A program made the translations under genes and the position numbers. Positions 59,431 to 64,000 of a stretch of 64,000 bases of DNA are shown here, piece by piece (positions within the stretch are counted from its first letter, which is position 1; every line of letters begins with the position of its first letter). This DNA is from Callorhinchus milii (Eukaryota): NCBI RefSeq assembly GCF_018977255.1, contig NW_024704742.1, positions 29,328,001 through 29,392,000 on the forward strand. The letters are read 5' to 3'. Under the pieces are notes generated by a model. It was not told the origin of the DNA. It was given only the letters and a program-made list of their open reading frames with translations, and made no database searches.

Positions 59431-62400
59431 CACATGCTGCAATCTCCTCGACATAGAAAATAATCTTAATAATAACCAATTTTCTTGGGGGGGGGGGGTG
59501 GAGATTATTACCCCCAGAAAATGATTGGCAATTGACTAACAAGCGGGTTCCAACTTACAGAGCCGTGCAGAGTAAGGAAACTTGTCCAAGGTTTTGTCCC
59601 GGCCGGAAATCAAACCCGGGTCCTCTCACTTACGAGGCAAGCGCAATAAACAATACTCTACAGGACTCTACAGATCTCCTTGCAATTAATTTTTTTGTGT
59701 GCCCTATTATTGTCCTTAACCTACCTGCGGGAAGTATTCTTCAGACTCTGTAGGGTAATAAAACATATCCAGCGCAGGGCGGAAATATACGCTCTAGACT
59801 GGGAAAGAAATAGCTGTGCTCGGGTGCGAAGTCCAACCTTCTTGTGCCACTGCCTAGTCAGGGAAGGGGAGATTAGACAAACCGGTCATTCCAACCTGCC
59901 GAAGCTGTCAGACTAGGATCGGTTGCTCTATTGCTCAGCAAGACATAAGTAGTTTCCACCGTGGTCAATAGGTCTGTCACTCAAGTCTTTGTACAGATTG
60001 TGAACTCCACACACCCCCCCCCACCACCCACACCATCACCGCTCTACAAACCCCACCCTCTCAACAGCTAGGCTCCGACCGCAATTCTTCCATTGATCTG
60101 TCACTTCAACCTCACTCGGGGCCTGCAGTAAGCCACACCAGAACGTCACATTTTAAAAAGGCAACCAGCACAGTTCTACACAGAGTACTGATTTAGAAAT
60201 GATCTCAGCACTCTACTTACACAGTCAGACTCCAGTGCAGCAATTCCACAGAGACCTCTCCAGGACTTGGAACAAACACTGCACTGGCTCCTTATAGAGA
60301 AACAAATCAGTACCGCACCGTTTCTGCAGTCTGTGCTCGTGGCAAACACACAGCACTGGATGGGCCCCACAGTCCTGCCCTTAAAATAGGTACAATTCAA
60401 ACTAAGGCAATATTATTCCAGACCAGCAATAGAAATATTACATTACATCGCCCACAGATGTTTCACATCCTCCTGAACTGATCCCAAGTTACTATGCTGT
60501 GCTGTTAAAAGCTGGGAAAATGTCAAAGCACAAACATCTTACTAACTAGTCAATTACCTGTTCTCCCAGAGGGAGACTTGACAAGTACAAGCAGCAAACA
60601 TGAGCCCCTTACCACCGCTTTGCATTACTAACACTGGTTACTCCTTCAATCTCCGTTCGCCTACCTCAGGATTAATACAACACTACTGAAGAGATTAATT
60701 GTACAACAAACATGAGCTAAACCATGTGATGCAAACACAAATGCAGGGCACTTCTGATCATTCAGTCCGAGAATCCACTGAGCTACTTGCTGGAGTAAAG
60801 CCTCCAGAGTACCACAACATAATCAGATGGTTCATTTAACAACAACTTCCATTTGGAGAGACTTTTACACAAAAGAATGCCTCAAAGCTACTTGAGAAAT
60901 GTAGCAGTGGATACAGAGAAGGTAAATGAAATAAGAGATTCAAAGATGTTGACTGAAGGCACGGTTGAAGAGAAATGGTTTAAAGGAGGTTTTTGAAGGA
61001 GTGGAGAGAGGCGGCAAAGCTAAGTGATTCAGGAAGAGGACAAGGGCTTTGGTGGTTAAAAACTCAGGGAGTAATAAAATAATAATCCTTGCATTTGATA
61101 TAGCGCCTTATCATATCCTTGAGACGTCTCGAAGCGCTTCACAAAATATATTGTAAAGTGGATTGACTGTGTATTTTGTGGGCGAAACATGGAATGATTG
61201 ACGAGGGAGTAGAGGGAGGAGGAGCAAGCAATAAGCTGGAGTCAGAAAAGCGGCGAGTGGGGGGTGGAGGGGAAAGGAACAGTGCACTAGAGGCAATCAC
61301 ATGGTTATGGTGGGATGAGACTGTGGAAGGATTTTGAGTCTGGGTCAAGGATCGTGAACTAAATCCTCTGAAAGCAATGGAGCGGCAAGGATGGGAGCAG
61401 TGAATGCAGGGCTTTGTGGGATCGGGATCTGAACCTGCAGAGATCTGAATCAGATGAACTTTCTGTGGAGCAGATCACCGGAGAAATCTAATGAGGTGCC
61501 AAAAGCACGGGTGACAATTTCAACAAGAGTGGGACGAGGTAAGGCACGAATGGGCACATTCCAGCTTGACAATGGACCACATGTAGAATTTGAAACAGTT
61601 AAAATTGTGAAACAAAACCAGTCTTCACTGATTTATGGTTTAAAAGGAAAGNAAAAAAAAGGTGTACTTTTGTCTTGAGCCGTGCACGGAAAATGGGAGA
61701 TACTCAGAACGGGTATACACTGCTGGAGGCCTTACGCTTTGGAGATGCTTTAGATTTAAAACAAAAATAAGGAGCACAAGGAAAAACACTCTTAACCATG
61801 GTGGTGGGCATCTTAGCATATAGTCCAAACAGCATGGTGAGACTTGGAGGAAGGTGCCAGCCACCCTCATGTGTGTGGAGTAAAAAGAGGCAAATGTGTT
61901 GGCTCATCAATGCAGAGGGAAAACTACTCAATTAAATGATAATATTTGCAGTTGATATAACTCCTTACACGTCCAGGAGACATCTCAAAGTACTTCACAG
62001 GATTTACTATAAATGTAGCAATGGTGTGTTTTGTAGGCGATCAAGGCAGCCAATTTGCACCAGTAACGCCCCACAAATGGCCATGAAGTAAATGACCACT
62101 TTTATCTGGGGGAATGTTAGCCAAGCCATCGGGAAAAACTCTTTGGGAAAATATAACAAGGCTGAATTCACCCTATCAGTTTGTACTGTTCAAATATAGA
62201 ATCAGGGGTACAAACACACAACTATGACCTTGACTGTAAATCCAGGATACTGTTTTGAATTTGGCTCGGTGCAGTCAGAAAAGAGTCGTTGAACAGTGAC
62301 CTTAAAGAATAATTATTTCTGATCAACGGGAACAATTGCTGACTTTCTGATCACTGTGCAGCCAAACAGAGTTTGTCCAAATTGAAAAACTCAATCTTTA

Positions 62401-63343
62401 GGCAAACGACCAGCCACAAGCGTTCCTGTCTCAACGGGCAACGTACTTTGATTTCAGCCAACGTGAAAATAATTGAACGCAGCTCAGATGTGTAAAAAAA
62501 ATCCACAAGTTAATGAAATTCTATTTGTAACTAAGTAAAACATTTCCCTTATTCTAAAGGATGCGGTGTGTGCAGAAATTTAACCCCATCCTGACTTGTC
62601 ATACTCAAGCACCAGGGCAGCCACATTCCAACTGTATGACATTAGAGATTCTTCCAGGGTTACTGCACCTGTACTTCCAGCCGTGTTGTGAATTACAGAA
62701 AGGCCCACTTCATACCAGCAATTAATCATTACAAGTCTATGGCGTGGAAGACTAGAGGTCAATTCAACCGTTTTATCTGTATTTCACATTATGAAGGGGA
62801 GGGGGAGGGGAGGGGAAGTGTCTCAGAATCCAAACCATAATTCAGCAGTTCTGGCTATGTGTTAGAGGAAACTGAAACTTCACACAGATTAGCAACAGTC
62901 TCTTGGGTGGTACTTATTGAAAACTTTTTGGATATCTAGTGACACTACATTGCAGGGCTTTCCACAATTAAACCGGGATGTTACGTCCTCAAAAATGCCT
63001 ATAAGGTTGGTCAGACCAGATCTAACCCTTCTGAAATCGCCATGTATTAGATTATTTTCTTACAGGCAATCTTCAATTTAATTACTAATGTGCGACTCCA
63101 TTTGTTTTTTTTTGTGAAGTAGGTTGAGTTTTCCGAAGTTGATGCTGAGGTTGGGTGAAGCTACCAAGATGGAGTAGAGTGAGAGGCCCTCTCCTGATTA
63201 TATTATCTGGAATACCTGGTAGTGACACCGGGTTCCTGAAATGAAAAGTTGTTCAATTCACCAGAGACTGTGTTGCCTGGTGGTCGTTGTTGTTGTTGTT
63301 GTTGTTGTTGTTATAGAAATGTTGATGTTGTTATACAAAACAC

Positions 63344-63652
63344 GTCCTGTAGCTCAGTGATTAGAGCACTCGCCTCATAAGCGAGAGTCCTGGGTTCAAT
63401 TCCCAGCAGGGGGAAACCGTGGGCAAGTTTCCTTACTCCACACGCCTGATAATAATCCCTCAAGAAACAAAACAATAAACTGGTCACTTCAATCCATGAC
63501 TGCTTGTGGGACACTGCTGTGCGCAATTGGCTGCCACTTTTCACCCACAAATATACATTCAATTCACTTTACAATATATTCTGTGAAGCGCTTTGTGACA
63601 TCTAGAAGACACGAAAAGCGCTATATCAAATGCAAGGATTATTATTATTATT
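63344..63652 (+). mobile_element. Full-length SINE, same family
   Basis: Head, Deu domain and tail. Confidence 0.85.
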
Positions 63653-63865
63653 AATTGGAAAAATAAACCACTCAATGCACCCATCTGGAAATCCCAGAGA
63701 TACCGATTGTTGGAACAGAATGTGCACTCTCTCCCTGGATGGACGTGTCCTGCTTACCTAATTCAGGAAAGTATTAGCCACAGGGTTGGCAAGAGCCAAG
63801 GCTTAGAAACCCCAGAGTGTGAGTCGGGGTACTGCTGGAGGTTAACCAGCAGTATTCAGGGCAGA

Positions 63866-63897
<32 letters not shown>

Positions 63898-64000
63898 GAG
63901 CAAGAAATGGCCACTTAACTTTAAGGGAACGAGTTAGACCCCAACCAAACATGTCCCACCCATGTTTCCCTTCCCTCCTCCTTCTGCTGCTCTCAGTAAC

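Overview
Vertebrate genomic DNA. The repeat content (tRNA-head/Deu-domain SINEs with L2-type tails, L2/CR1 LINE fragments, a Penelope-type hairpin) points to a cartilaginous fish, probably a holocephalan such as Callorhinchus; this is an inference. The window holds the complete coding region of the ETS transcription factor ELF2 (NERF) on the minus strand. Six shared coding exons (13629 down to the stop at 1046) are joined to two alternative N-termini: an ELF2A/NERF-2 type (exons 43750-43827 and 38800-38965; about 610 aa) and an ELF2B/NERF-1 type (exon 25963-26020 in a CpG island; about 548 aa). All splice sites are GT-AG and the phases are consistent. The most unusual content is intronic. Two head-to-head, internally deleted hAT DNA transposons (16928-17806 and about 18708-21316) retain complementary pieces of an intron-containing, CGGBP1-like transposase, and one has splice sites in phase with ELF2. 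Also present are a decayed 28S rRNA fragment about 80 bp from an ELF2 acceptor and a ~190 bp palindromic element with a 14-bp target-site duplication. All homology calls were made by eye from recalled sequences; no searches were run.
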